From Pristiophorus japonicus (taxonomy: Eukaryota): a DNA stretch of 64,000 nucleotides. Location: the NCBI RefSeq assembly GCF_044704955.1, contig NC_091990.1:46004001-46068000 (forward strand), in the 5' to 3' direction. Position numbers and translations under genes: made by a program. The notes beneath the pieces were generated by a model, which saw only the letters and a program-made list of their open reading frames with translations, ran no database searches and had not been told where the DNA came from. Of the stretch, positions 1-12,907 are shown piece after piece. Position 1 is the stretch's first letter. The number at the start of each line of letters is the position of its first letter.

Positions 1-1768
1 ACCTCTTGAGGGAGTGGGGGAGGGGAGGGGGCTTTGGTGTCAGGTGGCAAGTTGGAGGGCCCAGGCGGCAAGTTGGAGGGCCCAGCATGGGGCTCCTCAG
101 AGGCTGGTGTGGGGATTGGAGTGGGAGCGGCAGTTGATTCTGTCAATGGACGCGGGATCTGGGCGTGTTCCCTTATTGCAGCAGCTAACTCCAACATCCC
201 GTCCCTCATGCGCCCTGACAGTATCTCAATGACCTGCAACATTCCCTCCCTCATGCTGAGCAAAACTGTCTCAACTACCTGCAACATTCCCTCCCACTTG
301 GCCACTATTCCCTCCCGGATATCGTTCCCATTTCTCGTGTCATTGCTGTTACTTCTCCCGACAGTCCCTCTACCTCATCATTCACCACACTGATGCGTCC
401 AGGAGTGATCGGGTAAGGTCAATGCTCTCTGCACTCAATGACCACATCTGAACCACATCTGTTAGATCCTGCACCTTAGGAGAGCGTGGTCGAGCTCTCC
501 TTCCCCTCCTCCCCACGGGTGTGCCTCGGTGCACCACACCACTGGGACCCGCAACCTCGGAAGGTGTGAAACCATGGAATGTCCCACCAACACTCAAACC
601 ATTAGTCACAGAGAGGGCTGTCACCTCCATGAGCAGCACCTCCTCCAAAGTCAGTACAACAGTGGGAGCTTCAGCCAGCTCCATCCCCTCCCCCTCCCCC
701 TCACCCCCATGGATGGATTGGAAGATGTTCTCCTCTTCAGGCTCGTCCGCGTCTGAAGCTTCTTCTGCATCGTCAGGATTGGCCTCAAGTTCTGCAAAAG
801 ATAACAGAACAGTCAAATGGTTAGTAGCAGAGGAGGGGGAAGGGTGGGTGACATGGGTAGGCTGACACATTGCAGGCCAGGCAGCAGGCTGATTGAAGGA
901 CCACAATGAATTTGCAGGACTTACCCTCTCCCTCGAATGTGGGCCCAGCTTGTGCAGTACTGATTGCTTTTTTCTAGGCAGGACCCATCAAAGGAGCGAC
1001 CCTCTCTTCCAAGGGTGTCAGTGGGTGCAGATTTGCTGGGCCTGTTCCTGTTCGAGTTCTTTCCCTTTTATTGTGTGCCACTTTCCTCTGCAAAAATGAA
1101 AATGCAATGTTTTAGAGAGGGTGTCTATCTGCTGGGTGGAACATATAGATGGTCACATTTACAATTGCAATTGCATTGAATAAATTTAAATATTACTTAC
1201 ACTAACTACTTGACAAATGTCCTGCCACTTCTTTTTACACTGGCCTCCATTGCGCAGTAATCTTCGGCAACTTGCTTCCAGCGTTTCTTCATTTCTTTGG
1301 ATGGAACTTTTATGTGACCTCTGCTGGTGCCCAGCTCCTGCCAGCTGTTTTCAATCACAGTAACTAGTGCCTCCACTTCATCCTGTAAGAAATTCTTGGT
1401 CCTCGCAACACGTTGCATCTTGTACTGCTGCAGCTGTGATTTTTCCAATACTCTCACACAGCACTCCTTCTCACACACACAACTGGCTCTTTAAAAATGG
1501 CCGACTGCCAAATCTGAGCTGTACTGATCATGCACGTCCATTGGAACGACGTCAAAAACGTAACTTTTTTTCCCCGCGCATGCGCAGAGGTGCAGATTCG
1601 TTTTTTAGCGCAGACAGCAGGTTCCATCCCCCGAGGCGACTGGACATGCTGCGTGGCGCCAAATTCGAATTATACATTGGGGAAACATTGGCAAATTATT
1701 TCTGCCGCATTTCTGGCCTCGAAAAACGGGCAATACGCCAGAAAACGGACTTGGGGAGAATTGAGGCC
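1..1768 (-). mobile_element. PIF/Harbinger transposon, one end, carrying a decayed intron-containing Myb/SANT (ORF2) gene
   Basis: ATG at 1418. Exon 1 (1201-1418) reads MQRVARTKNFLQDEVEALVTVIENSWQEL..MKKRWKQVAEDY. Exon 2 (925-1087) reads RKVAHNKRERTRTGTGPANLHPLTPLEERVAPLMG and then hits an in-frame stop. Exon 3 starts at 791 with an acidic stretch ELEANPDDAEE. Splice sites are gtaagt/ttttgcag. A TIR-like end ggcctcaattctcccc lies at about 1768. Confidence 0.8.
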
Positions 1769-1920
1769 ATTAACTTTAACGGTTGAAAAATATGAAAATA
1801 AAAGCGCAACATGCCAATAAGAACAAAGAAGAATAAGGAAGACAAGGAGAACAATGCAAGTATTTTAGTAGTACTGGCTCATGTTCCAATAAAAAGCTGT
1901 TATTGTTTTTTACTGGAACA

Positions 1921-2350
1921 TCTTTCAGATGACACGTTAAACCGAGGCCCCGTCTGCTCTCTCAAGTGGATGTAAAAATTCCCATGGCACTATTCGAAGA
2001 AGAGCAGGGAAGTTATCCCTGGTGTCTTGGCCAATATTTATCCCTCCCCCTGCTGGTGCCGATCTGGCAGTTCAGCAGGTGGGAGGCCACTTACGCTATT
2101 TGGACGTCAGCGGGCGGTTCCCGCCAGTACTCCCCTCCCGCCCAAGTGGAAAATAGCAAAGAGGGGAGACCGGCAGCAAAACTTGGTGGTAGTTGGCAGC
2201 AGTCGGCGGCAGCCACCAATACCGGGGCCCAAGTCTCTGTCCTAATATTTCCTTATGTGGCCCGGTGTCAAATTTTGTTTAACAAAACTCCTGTGAAGCA
2301 CCTTGGGACATTTTACTACATAAAGGCACTATATAAATGCAAGTTGTTGT
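1921..2350 (+). mobile_element. DeuSINE/SacSINE1-like fragment interrupted by a MITE fragment (about 2046-2230), with L2-type 3' tail
   Basis: Deu-like core tctttcagatgacacgttaaaccgaggccccgtctgc; tail ggcactatataaatgcaagttgttg. Confidence 0.65.
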
Positions 2351-2829
2351 ATGCTAAGTCTTATCAAAAGCCCAGCCCAGAGATACTAAAATTCCCCGAG
2401 ATTTACTAGCAGTTTAACAGTAATCTAACTCTAGTGTAATCAACTGAAATGGTTCTTAGCTGTGCTCTTCAGTTTTAAAGCCATTCTAACTTCCCTTCTC
2501 CTTCTTTACATATAATATTGTATGTGAAGACAGATTAGGAATGGATTGACATGTGCTTCACTGATGTGGCACATTCCTATTAAAAGCACCTTTTGCTGTA
2601 TGAACTACAAAACAAAAACTTGTTGGTGACTTCTACCGATTGCAAATTATGTCAGTAATGTTACACAACAACCTGCTCAAAAAGCAAATGGGAAATGTAA
2701 GAAAAGAGCTAATTCAATATGTCCTTGACCACTGCTCAACATCCTAGTGTTAAAATATATTCCTATTTTACTCTTCAGCTCTAGTCTTGTTTTACCACAG
2801 TCCCTCTTCATTAATGTCTCTGTGGGTAA

Positions 2830-3110
2830 TCCATAGAACCATACAGACCAGAAAGGTTCTTACCCAATTTTATGCTAAGTTAACTAATCTTTGGCCTCAG
2901 CACCCCTGGGATAACCAGGGCAAAAAAAAAAACACTCAGGGTTCATTCTCCTGATTGTTATTCACATATAGAGGTGGTATGTGAAGCATGGAATAGTTGA
3001 TGTGGAAGGTCAGCCTGCTAACACTAAAGGTTCAAATTCACACATGAAGAATGGTCATTTGGAAGAGGTACAGAAAGGCTGTCAACACCTCCATGGAATC
3101 CTGTTTTTAA
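2830..3110 (+). mobile_element. Old SINE, LF-SINE-like (tentative)
   Basis: cacatgaagaatggtcatttggaagaggtac resembles the LF-SINE body as recalled; a similar head segment occurs near 24145. Confidence 0.35.
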
Positions 3111-3169
3111 AAGGGCAGGAAAGGTCTGGTTCATTATTTATGTTCTTGCCTCAAACGGCCCTTACAAGA

Positions 3170-3600
3170 AGCAAGAAAGACTTGCATTTATATAGTGCCT
3201 TTAACAACCTTAGGACATCCTAATGCACTTTACAACCAGTGAGGTACTTTTTTGAAGTGTATAAACTGTTGTAATGTCGGAAATAAAGCAGACAACTTGC
3301 GCACAACAAGGTCCCACAAACAGCAATGAGTAACTGACCAGATAATCTGTTTTTAGGTGTTGTTTGAGGACACGGGGAAGAATATTCCTGCTCTTCTTCG
3401 AATAGTGCCTTGGGACTTTTTATTCCTACTTGAGAGGGCAGACGGGGCTCAGTTTGACATCTCATCTGAAAGACAGCACCTCCAACAGTGCAGCACTCCC
3501 TGAATAATGCGCTGGAAGTGTAAGCCTAGATTTTTTGCTCAAGTGTCTGGAGTGGGACTTGAACCCACAACCTTCTGTCTCAGAGGCGCAACTTGCATTG
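3170..3600 (-). mobile_element. tRNA-derived DeuSINE (SacSINE1-like)
   Basis: Reverse complement contains a B-box (gggttcaagtccc), the Deu core and an L2-like tail; homologous to the 29390, 56095 and 60960 copies. Confidence 0.8.
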
Positions 3601-3624
3601 AGATTACACCTCTCTCTGTTACAA

Positions 3625-4036
3625 CAACAAAAACAACTTGTATTTATATAGCACCTTTAACGTCGTGAAACATCCCAAGGCGCTTCACAGGAGTATTATG
3701 AGACAAATAATTTGACACCGAGCCACATAAGGAGAAATTAGGGCAGGTGACAAAGAGGTAGGATTTAAGGAGCGTCTTGAAGGAGGAAAAAGAGGGAGAG
3801 AGGCGGAGAGGTTTAGGCAGCGAATTCCAGAGCTTAAGGCCTCGGTAACAGAAGGCACAGCCACCAATGTTTGAGCGAATATAATCAGGGATTCTCACGA
3901 GGGCAGAATTAGAGGAGCGCAGACATCTCGGGGGGGTTGTGGGGCTGGAGGAGATGACCGAGGTAGGGAGATGCGAGGCCATGGAGTGATTTGAAAACAA
4001 GGATGAGATTTTTGAAATCAAGGCATTGCTTAACCG
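3625..4036 (-). mobile_element. L2-type LINE 3' fragment
   Basis: Reads LRSSNSAL..GGCAFCYRGLKLWNSLPKPLRL..FKTLLKSYLF; tail gctatataaatacaagttg. Confidence 0.8.
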
Positions 4037-6487
4037 GCTAAAGGCATGGCTACTGGTGATTGCTCAAGATTATCAGAAGACAAAAGCACCTTCTGAGCAT
4101 GCCTGTTGTCAATCAACTGAGGGAGACATTGTGGCGTGGGGCTTTTCCAAAATCAAAGGCAGCAGAGGAGACAGAACTGGAGAACGAGGAGGACCAGGAG
4201 CCAACAGAAGAAGATAGGAATGTGCTTGATCATATATCAAACCAGAAAGAAATACTTGCAAGATATTCTGCTGACAACCATATGTCCCTTGGTGCATTGC
4301 ATGTTCGCGACTCCTAACTTTTCCTTAACTTCAGGAGCTCACACTGCTGGTGGGAATGTTTCATCTGGCAAGCATCACTGGAGTCAGAAACAGCCAAATC
4401 TGCAGCTGTTTAGACTGGCTTACTGCTTCGATAAACTAGCCAGTATTGAGGTACTAAGCTAATCAGCCATTCATACAGAAACACCTGTGAAATGAGACTT
4501 TGAAATGTAAAATGCTGCTTTAAATTGCCAAATTAGTTTTGAGTCAGAATAATGCATGTGTTTGTACTTAATTAGAAACAATAAATATTGGAAATCTGAA
4601 ACAAAAAATAACAGGACATGGAAGAGTGTTTGGAGAAAGGAAACTTTAATGTGTCTTTTCTCTTTACAAATGCTAATTGCTACCTGTTTTGGCATTTTCT
4701 ATTGCTGTGTGCAATTATCAAAGTTGTTGGATGTGTTCAGTGTAATTTACGTGCATACTTTTGAAATTAGCGTTTGAGTGAACCGGTAAGTGACTTTATT
4801 TGAAGAGGAGCTTTATTCTCATCAGAATTGCTATATCGTCCTAAACTGATACATTATTGCAGCGCACTTACCAGTGCAAAGTGTAGTGGTTTAGATTAAG
4901 AGATGCAGCTGCTGACGTGACATTGGCTAGGATGTTGAAACACCTGAACTAGAGTTATAGCGGTAGTGATGATGTGGGAGCTTGCTGTGCATACATTTGC
5001 TGCCATGTTTTCTACATTACAGCAGAGACTACACTTCAAAAGTACTTCATTGGCTGTAAAGCCCCTTTGGTTGTGAAAGGCGCTATATTAATGAAAACCT
5101 TTCTTCAATAGGAATAACCGGAACATGGCTTACTCCAGTCAATGAAAATAATACTGAAATGGAAGGGTACAGAATATTCAAAACATAGAGAAGAAATGTG
5201 GGGAAAAGAGGTTGTAACTCTCAATGGAAAAAAGAGCAGCAAAGAATTGCCCAATAATATTATAATAATAGAATTACCCAGACCCCAGTTGGAGGCTTCT
5301 AGTGTAAAGACAAATAATACACTTTGGCCTCCATTAGTATCGACCATTAGCTCAAAATAATGAATAGGCCAGAATACTTGATGAAGAGATAAGGAGGTTC
5401 TGAAAGGAAGGTGGTTGTATTCATGAGGGATTTCAACTGAACAAGAATAAATTGGAACTGCCCACGTGGTGTAGAGAGAGACTTGGTAAATGTAATGCAA
5501 GATTGCTTCATGACCTTGTGTGTCACGGAGCCTCAAGAGGGTGATCTCGGTTTTACTTTTTAATGGTAAGTGACCCCGACAGTGCAGCGAAAATGGAACT
5601 CATGCCACCCCAGGTGATGGTGACCATAACACGATTAAGTTTGATATGATATGGGATTCAATGCTGCTGAAGACCAACACTCAGATATACAATTTAAAAA
5701 AGGCCAACTACAAGGTTATGAGGGAAAAGCTAAAATAGTTTTACTGGAGGGATTGTTTAATAATGACTTGACTGGGGACAAAAAGAATACTTTCAAAGAC
5801 ATACTGAGAAGTATGCAGGTTAAATGCTGCAGAGTTAGACTCAACAAAAAATGACCCTAATTCATTAACAAGGGAAATAAGGTGGCTGAGGTTCACAAAG
5901 TCTGCAGGGAGAAGGACAAGAAAGCCCATTGGGAAAAATATATCAAACTTCTGAAGCATGTCAAAAGTGCGATTAGTAGAGTAAAGAGGAATCTGTAAAT
6001 GAGTATTGCTGCAGATGGTATACACATCAGTAAGAAACTCTTCCAGTACCATACCAGCAAGAACAAAGTCAGGGAAAAGATATGGGGCGAGAGTTTCCTC
6101 TCAAATCGGCCAGTTACTGCCCAGAAATACAAGTTTCGACAAAAAAAAACACATTTACCGCCAAGATACCACCCGGCGGTAAATTCCACAGTCATTACCG
6201 CCAGGCAGTATTTGATACTGTCCGCACCTATATTACCACCCAAATACCACCCAAAATGGAAGTTTCATCATTAAGATCCATTTACCACTGGACCTTAATA
6301 CCGTCCTGAAAAAGCAGGTGTTACTGGATCTTAAGTGGGTGGTATGGACATAGATCTGACAGGTTTGTTTGATATTACACAGATCTTTATAGTTCGCCAC
6401 AGTTTGATGTATTTTTAAATAGATTGTAGTATTTCTAGTGTTAGTCAATAATATAAATGGTCTAAAAAAGCCTTATTTACTCCTTTA

Positions 6488-7215
6488 AGTCTCTCTCACT
6501 CGCATTAGTCTCACACCCACCAGTCTCTCCCTCCCCCAGTCTCTCTCCCCCCCCCCCCCGCACTCTCTCTTTCCCCCCCCGCCACCCGCCCAATCTCTCT
6601 TCACCCCCCCGTTTCTCTTCCACCCCCGCAGTATCTCTCCCATCCCCTCCCCCGTCTCTCTCCCACCCCCCCCCAGTCTCTCTCCCACCCCCCCCCCAGT
6701 CTCTCTCCCACCCCCCCCCAGTCTCTCTCCCACCTCCCCCAGTCTCTCTTCCCCCCACCCAGTCTCTCTCCCCCCACCCCAGTCTCTCTCCCCCCACCAG
6801 TCTTTCTCCCCCCCCTAGTCTCTCACCCCACCCAGTCTCTCCCCCCCATCCAGTCTCTTCCCCACCCCCCAGTCTCTCTTCCACCCCCCCCAGTCTCTCT
6901 TCCCCACCCAGTCTCTCTTCCCCACCCAGTCTCTCTCTCCCCCCACCCAGTCTCTCTCTCCCCCCACCCAGTCTCTCTCTCCCCCCACCCAGTCTCTCTC
7001 TCCCCCCACCCAGTCTCTTCCCCCCCCAGTCTCTCTCCCCCCTAACCCCAGTCTCTCTCCCCCCAGTCTCTCTCCCCCCCAGTCTCTCTCCCCCCCACCC
7101 CAGTCTCCCTCACCCCCAGTCTCCCTCACCCCCCAGTCTCTCTCACCCCCAAGTCTCTCTCACCCCCAAGTCTCTCTCACCCCCCAGTCTCTCTCACCCC
7201 CCAGTCTATCTCACC
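6488..7215. repeat. C/T-rich minisatellite, unit about 17-22 bp (CCAGTCTCTCTCCCCCCA)
   Basis: Dozens of tandem ccagtctctc(t)cccc units are directly visible. Confidence 0.95.
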
Positions 7216-7224
7216 TTCTAGAAT

Positions 7225-7650
7225 GATCTCACACTCCCACCACAGCGATCTCTTCCATCCCCCCACAAAGTGATCTCACTCTCTTCCCCCACCCCGCCAC
7301 AACAATCTCTCTCTCTCCCCCCCCCGCCACCACAGTGATCTCTCTCCCCCCACAGCAATCGTACTCTCTTCAACCCCCCTCCCCACAGCGATCTCTTTCT
7401 CCCCCCCTCACACAGCGATCTCACTCTCTTCCTCTCCACACAACGATCTTTCTCTCTCCCCGCCCACCCCCACAGCGATCTCACTCTCTTTCCCCCTCCC
7501 CGCCCACAGTGACCTCACGCTCTCACCCCCACCCCCCCGACAGCGATCTCTCACCCCCTTTTGCCCCCACTGCGATCTCTCACCTCCCTCCCCACAGCAA
7601 TCTTCACCCACCCCCCCACCACACCTCTTCCTCTCGCTCCCCTCCACAGT
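7225..7650. repeat. Second degenerate minisatellite (CACAGCGATCTC + C/T tract)
   Basis: cacagcgatctc / cacagtgatctc recurs every 25-35 bp. Confidence 0.85.
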
Positions 7651-8104
7651 GGTCTCAGGGTGGCTGTCTCTGGCCTCTCGTCGGTGCCTCTCTGGGTGGT
7701 GGTGGAGGGGGGGCGGAGCTTGACAGCCGTGCGCGTGTGCACAACTTGGGAGCCAAAGATTCCCGAGTCGATAGGCCTCCGCTGCACACGGCGCTTATCC
7801 CACTTCGCTCCCGCACCGCTTCGCCGCCGCCGACATGGAGCACCCGAAAACCGCGGGAGCGCGCACCAGCGGCATTCCAGCAGTTGAAAAAGACGCAACC
7901 GTCGGAACAGCGCTAAGGATCGGGCGGGGGCGATTTCAAAGGAAAACCCAGCCCATGAAGCTTAAAGATGACCTGAAACTTGCGAATGAGTAGACAATGG
8001 TTAATATATTCACTGATTGCTTCCTTGAGTAATTTTTCTTTCATTGAATAATTACAAACGATGAATATGCTCTCCATCAATGAGGAAAAAAACCAAGACT
8101 TAAA

Positions 8105-8747
8105 GGGCCCGAGTTTGGTCGACTTACTGCCGGCTGCCGCCAAGTTTTCTTGGCGGTCTCGATGGTTTATGGGCGCCCTCCCCTCTGAGCGAGTTTGGTC
8201 AGGTCCTCACGCCGACGGGGAGAGAAGACCGTTGGGGAGCGTGCGCTGGCATGCACCACCATGCAACGCCCATAAGAGTCCTCCCGCCCGCTGCATCCCC
8301 CATTTGGTCCGGGCTGTCCTCCGCTGCAGCAGGGGAAAAGGCCGCCGTGTGGAGGCAGGTCTTACCTCAACGGTAAGTATGAAGACCTGCAAGAAAAGGT
8401 TAGTCCACTTTCCTTTATTGCTTTTGCAGGGATTTTGGTCACTGGGGTCTCCGAAGGATTTTTTGGTAGTTGTTTAAAATTGTTTTGAAAAATGTTTAGT
8501 TTTGCCATTCCCCCCCTCCCTAAGTCCAACTCTTACCTTGGCGGTACTTTGCCGAGGATCGCATTTGCCGCCCAGAATACGACCTACCGCCCGCTGCTGC
8601 CCAGAATTGGCGTCGAAGGCCCATTTTTTCTGCCGGGTGGTTTTTCCCATGTTTTTTCACCAAACTTCCACCCAAAGTAACGTCAGGATCTTAGCGGTCC
8701 TTTCAACGGTACTTGGGCGGAACTTAGGTTTCACCAAACTCGGGACC
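8105..8747. mobile_element. Harbinger-type MITE
   Basis: TIRs gggcccgagtttggt / accaaactcgggacc match at 14/15. Confidence 0.8.
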
Positions 8748-9521
8748 AATGGACTTTTAAATCTACAAAGTTCTAAATAGATTTAAAAGTACCTAGAATA
8801 AAGAAATCTCCAGAGTCTAATAACACCTATCCCAGGTTGCAAAGACAAATTAAGGATGAAGTTTGTGAAGCAAAGACAGGTATTATGAAATAACTGAATA
8901 CTTAGAAAGTCCCATTCAATTAGACACACGATAACATAGTACCATATTTAACTAAAGGATAAATGAAATCCAGGGAATTGTAGACTCAATAATCTTACAT
9001 CAACACTGGCAAAATAATGGAGTCAATAATCAAGAGCAAACGTAAGAACATATAATGATGAATTTATAAATAAGAAGCTATAGCTGGCATTTAGAAGAAA
9101 TTTCAATTGTATTCAATGTGGTCAGTTTGCTGTAGCCTAGGAAGTGATCAGGCATAGTATCCATTATTGAAGAATCTATTGCATACTAGAGGTTTTTAAG
9201 AGGGCTTGGTATTGGGCTGCAGTTGGGAGGCTATGTTGCTATCTAATTGGAAAATTAGTGCTGAACTCAAGTGGGCTCAATGGAAATGCTATTTGCAGGA
9301 CAGTGAAAACACATAGCTGTATCACTTAAATAATGTGTTGTTGAGTTGTACTGTAAATATGGCATCAAAAAAATATACAGAAAAATAGAGATTTGTTGGA
9401 GTGATTGCAGACAATAACCGAATTGAGAGGTTCCAGGACATCACAAAAAACAACCACTTGCATTTATATGATGCCTTTAAAGTAGAAAAACATCCCAAGA
9501 TGCTTCTCAGAAATGGACGTT

Positions 9522-10156
9522 AGAAACATAGAAACATAGAAAATAGGTGCAGGAGTAGGCCATTCGGCCCTTCTAGCCTGCACCGCCAATCAATGAGTTC
9601 ATGGCTGAACATGCAACTTCAGTACCCCATTCCTGCTTTCTCACCATACCCCTTGATTCCCCTAGTAGTAAGGACTTCATCTAACTCCTTTTTGAATATA
9701 TTTAGTGAATTGGCCTCAACAACTTTCTGTGGTAGAGAATTCCACAGGTTCACCACTCTCTGGGTGAAGAAATTCCTCCTCATCTCGGTCCTAAATGGCT
9801 TCCCCCTTATCCTTAGACTGTGTCCCCTGGTTCTGGACTTCCCTAACATTGGGAACATTCTTCCTGCATCTAACCTGTCTAACCCCGTCAGAATTTTAAA
9901 CGTTTCTATGAGGCCCCCTCTCATTCTTCTGAACTCCAGTGAATACAAGCCCAGTTGATCCAGTCTTTCTTGATAGGTCAGTCCCGCCATCCCGGGAATC
10001 AGTCTGGTGAACCTTCGCTGCACTCCCTCAATAGCAAGAATGTCCTTCCTCAGGTTAGGAGACCAAAACTGTACACAATACTCCAGGTGTGGCCTCACCA
10101 AGGCCCTGTACAATTGTAGAATCACCTCCCTGCCCTTGTACTCAAATCCCCTCGCT
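9522..10156 (-). mobile_element. Young 5'-truncated CR1 (HER1-like) LINE
   Basis: Open C-terminal ORF2 (LVRPHLEYCVQFWSP...KGYGEKAGMGY), (TTTCTATG)n tail, and ACGTT duplicated on both flanks (9517-9521, 10157-10161). Confidence 0.95.
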
Positions 10157-10161
10157 ACGTT

Positions 10162-11140
10162 GAACCAAAGAAGCTGATATTAGGAGCAGTGATCAAAAGC
10201 TTGATAAGAGATCAATTTTAAGGAGGATCTTAAAGGAAGAGATGGAGGTGTAGAGGCAGAAGGGTTTAGGGAAGATTCCAGAGCATGGGATTTAGACAGC
10301 TGAAGGCATGGCTTCCTGCGGTGAGGCAAAGAGAGAGTTGGCGGGGGCTGGGGGGGAGGTGAGAATCAGAGGGATGTAGATTTCTGGGTTGCAGCTTGTA
10401 GGTCTGGAAGAGGTTACACAGATGTAGGGGGTGATGAGGCCATGAAGGGTTTAAACATGCAGTTGAGAATTTTATATTGGAGATGTTGGGCAATGCATGT
10501 CAGCAAGGACAGGAGTGAATGGTGAGCGGGACCTGGTAAGGGACAGGATGTAGGCAGCAGAATTTTGGATGTGCTGAAGTTCATGAAGGGAGAAGGATGG
10601 GAAATTGACCAAGAGAGCAGTGGAATAGTTGAGTCTGGAGGTGAGAGAGAGGAATGGATGAGTTTTTCAGTGGCAGATGGGCTGGCAGGGACAGAGGCCG
10701 GTTGATGTTACAGGGATGGAATTAGTCAATCTCTGTGATGGATAGTATATGGGGTTGGAAGCTCAGGCTGGCCTTAAATAGGACACAGATTGCAACCAAT
10801 CTGGTTCATCCTGGGCTAATCAGTTACTAGTAAAGGTGATTATCTTTCCTCCCTGAGATGATCTGGGGTAGCAGATGGTTTTAGCAGGGGAGAATGAGGC
10901 CTGATAGCGCTCGAGATGGTCCCGCCTATGATGGACAGTTAAACCAGTTGTGCGGATGTTAGGCTCAGTTCGATGTGCCTTGAAGTGAAGGTGGGATCCA
11001 CGCCAGTGCGATTGACTGAGAAGGAAGCGAGTGCAGATCCTGCTGAAGCCAAAGGCATCCAAGGTGGACGCAAGGGAATGGTTGAGTAGATTGATGGCAA
11101 GCAGAAGCTATTTGAATCTGGAGATTTGATTGCCATTATG
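10162..11140 (-). mobile_element. Old L2 LINE fragments
   Basis: Relic AFSCLNPMLWNLP and RTTGLTVH motifs; the L2 tail continues at about 9455-9515 on the other side of the CR1 insertion. Confidence 0.6.
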
Positions 11141-11689
11141 AAATCACTTTAAGTATTTGTTTTTATAATGAATACTGTGAAGCTTATGCATTGGAATATG
11201 TTCCATTTTTGTGCTTACAGCAGCTGTCACAGCAGACACCGGCAGCCAGTGGGCTCGGTATCATTGATATGCAATTAAGCCTACACTGAAAGATTAATGA
11301 TTGTGAAATCGCAGCTTCAAATTTAACAAGATTTTGAAGTTGACTTCTGGGAAATTTTAGTCCCAGTGTATGTTTATTTATACAGGCAAGAATTTACAGA
11401 ATTCAGTTATTGTGTAAAATTAAATGTAACTAGAAAATATTTTAGGATTTACAATGCATATTAATTGCCAGAAATAATCACTTAAGTGAAATGAAGTGCA
11501 CTTTCAATCCAAAGTGAATTAATACCTGACTAACTGTCAAACTGTTTATAATAGAAATACAGGATCAAATCATATTTATCTAAACTTCCTAACCTAGAGC
11601 ATTGTACTATCACCTCTGGGACTGGCCCTTGAATCTAGCACTCAGAATTATAGAATGAAAGTCTCTCTCTGATTATTATAAATGGCAGC

Positions 11690-12355
11690 AGAATCATAGA
11701 ATGATACAGCCCAAAAGGAGGCCATTTGGCCCATCATGCCTGTGCCGATTCTTTGAAAGAGCTATCCACTTAGTCCCATTCCCCTGCTCTTTCACCAGAG
11801 CCCTGCAAATCTTCCCCATTCAAGTAGTTATCCAATTCGCTTTTGAAAGTTATTATTGAATCCACTTCCACACCCGTTCAGGCAATGCATTCCAGATCAA
11901 AAACTCTATCAAGTTAGTCAAACACGATTTGCCTTTAACAAATCAGTGCTAGCTTTCATTTATTCACCCATATTTTCCAAGTACCAATTAATTTTGTCCC
12001 GTATTATTGTCTCTAAAGGTTTGCCCACCACCGCCGATAGTCTGAATGGCCTGCTAGGTTTATCCCTCTCCATTTTTCTGAACAGGGATGTAACATTTGC
12101 AATCCTCCAGCTCTCTGGCATCATTCCGATATCTAAGGAGGGTTGGAAGATTGTGACTAGAGCCTCTGCTCTTCCCTCAGCAACTTAGGATGCATCCCAT
12201 CCGGACCTTTTTCTACTTCGAGCACTGCCAAACTTTTAAATACCTCCACCGTATCTATTTTTATCCTATCCAATTTCCCTATTACCTTCTCCATTATAAT
12301 GACATTGGCAGCATCCTCTTCTTTAGTGAAGACAGATGCAAAGTACTAGGTGAAA
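11690..12355 (-). mobile_element. Old CR1 fragment
   Basis: Tail agaatcatagaatgatacagc; RT relics KGKSCLT and WRIANVTS on the minus strand. Confidence 0.7.
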
Positions 12356-12907
12356 TGAGTTTGGCCAATTATCCATTCAGTTGCTAATGGGCATGATTTG
12401 AAGCATAAATCCAACCATAATTTGATACTAAACAGCCAGTATTTCAGAGGAACTGAGGGCTTTTGTAGAAAATGGGACCATCATACAAGTATCGTAAGGG
12501 GAGTACTTCTGCGCTGTGGTTAAGCTGCTTTACTGGAATGTAATACAGAATTTCTTACTCTCGGATTAAATTGTGCTATATTTGACTAAGAATTTCTTGG
12601 CACGGAGAGTAGATGCAAATGAAAAAAATGGCCATTCCAGAAATTAAAAAATACTTATACCTGTTCATGATGAGGAGAAGAGAAAAAGAGAGAGATAGGC
12701 ACAACTCCAACTATTAAAAGGGATAACGGTTGTGTTCCTTTGTGATGATTTTGCTTTCTGTTTCCTGAATGTTGTTACAGTGATGTTCCTACTTCAGTCT
12801 CTTTTTGTCTCAGAACTGGAGGTCACACTGATGAAAGTGTAATGTTTTGAAAGCGGTTTCCCAGTATGAACAACAGATAGCTGGAAAATGAAACTCTTCT
12901 GTCTTAC

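Larger units (their letters stand above)
6085..7954. mobile_element. Harbinger-type non-autonomous element containing minisatellites
   Basis: Imperfect 24-bp TIRs gggcgagagtttcctctcaaatcg / cgatttcaaaggaaaacccagccc; 3-bp TSD ATG on both sides. Confidence 0.75.
5105..9060 (+). mobile_element. Ancient degenerate CR1 ORF2, split by two MITEs (6085-7954 and 8105-8747)
   Basis: Relic GDFN (about 5428), GDGDHN (about 5613), and PGNxRxxxLTS..KIMESII (about 8970-9035). Confidence 0.55.

Noticed and set aside
6488-7650. CRISPR-like repeat/spacer array
   Set aside because: Units are low-complexity and degenerate with no unique spacers; the context is eukaryotic and there are no cas genes.
6477-7916. 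Gly/Glu/Arg-rich and Pro/Ser-rich ORFs
   Set aside because: They are translations of the minisatellites.
1-12907. Terminal angiopoietin exon (GWWFxACGPSNLNG...)
   Set aside because: I found no matching minus-strand sequence by eye or in the ORF track; it probably lies left of the window.
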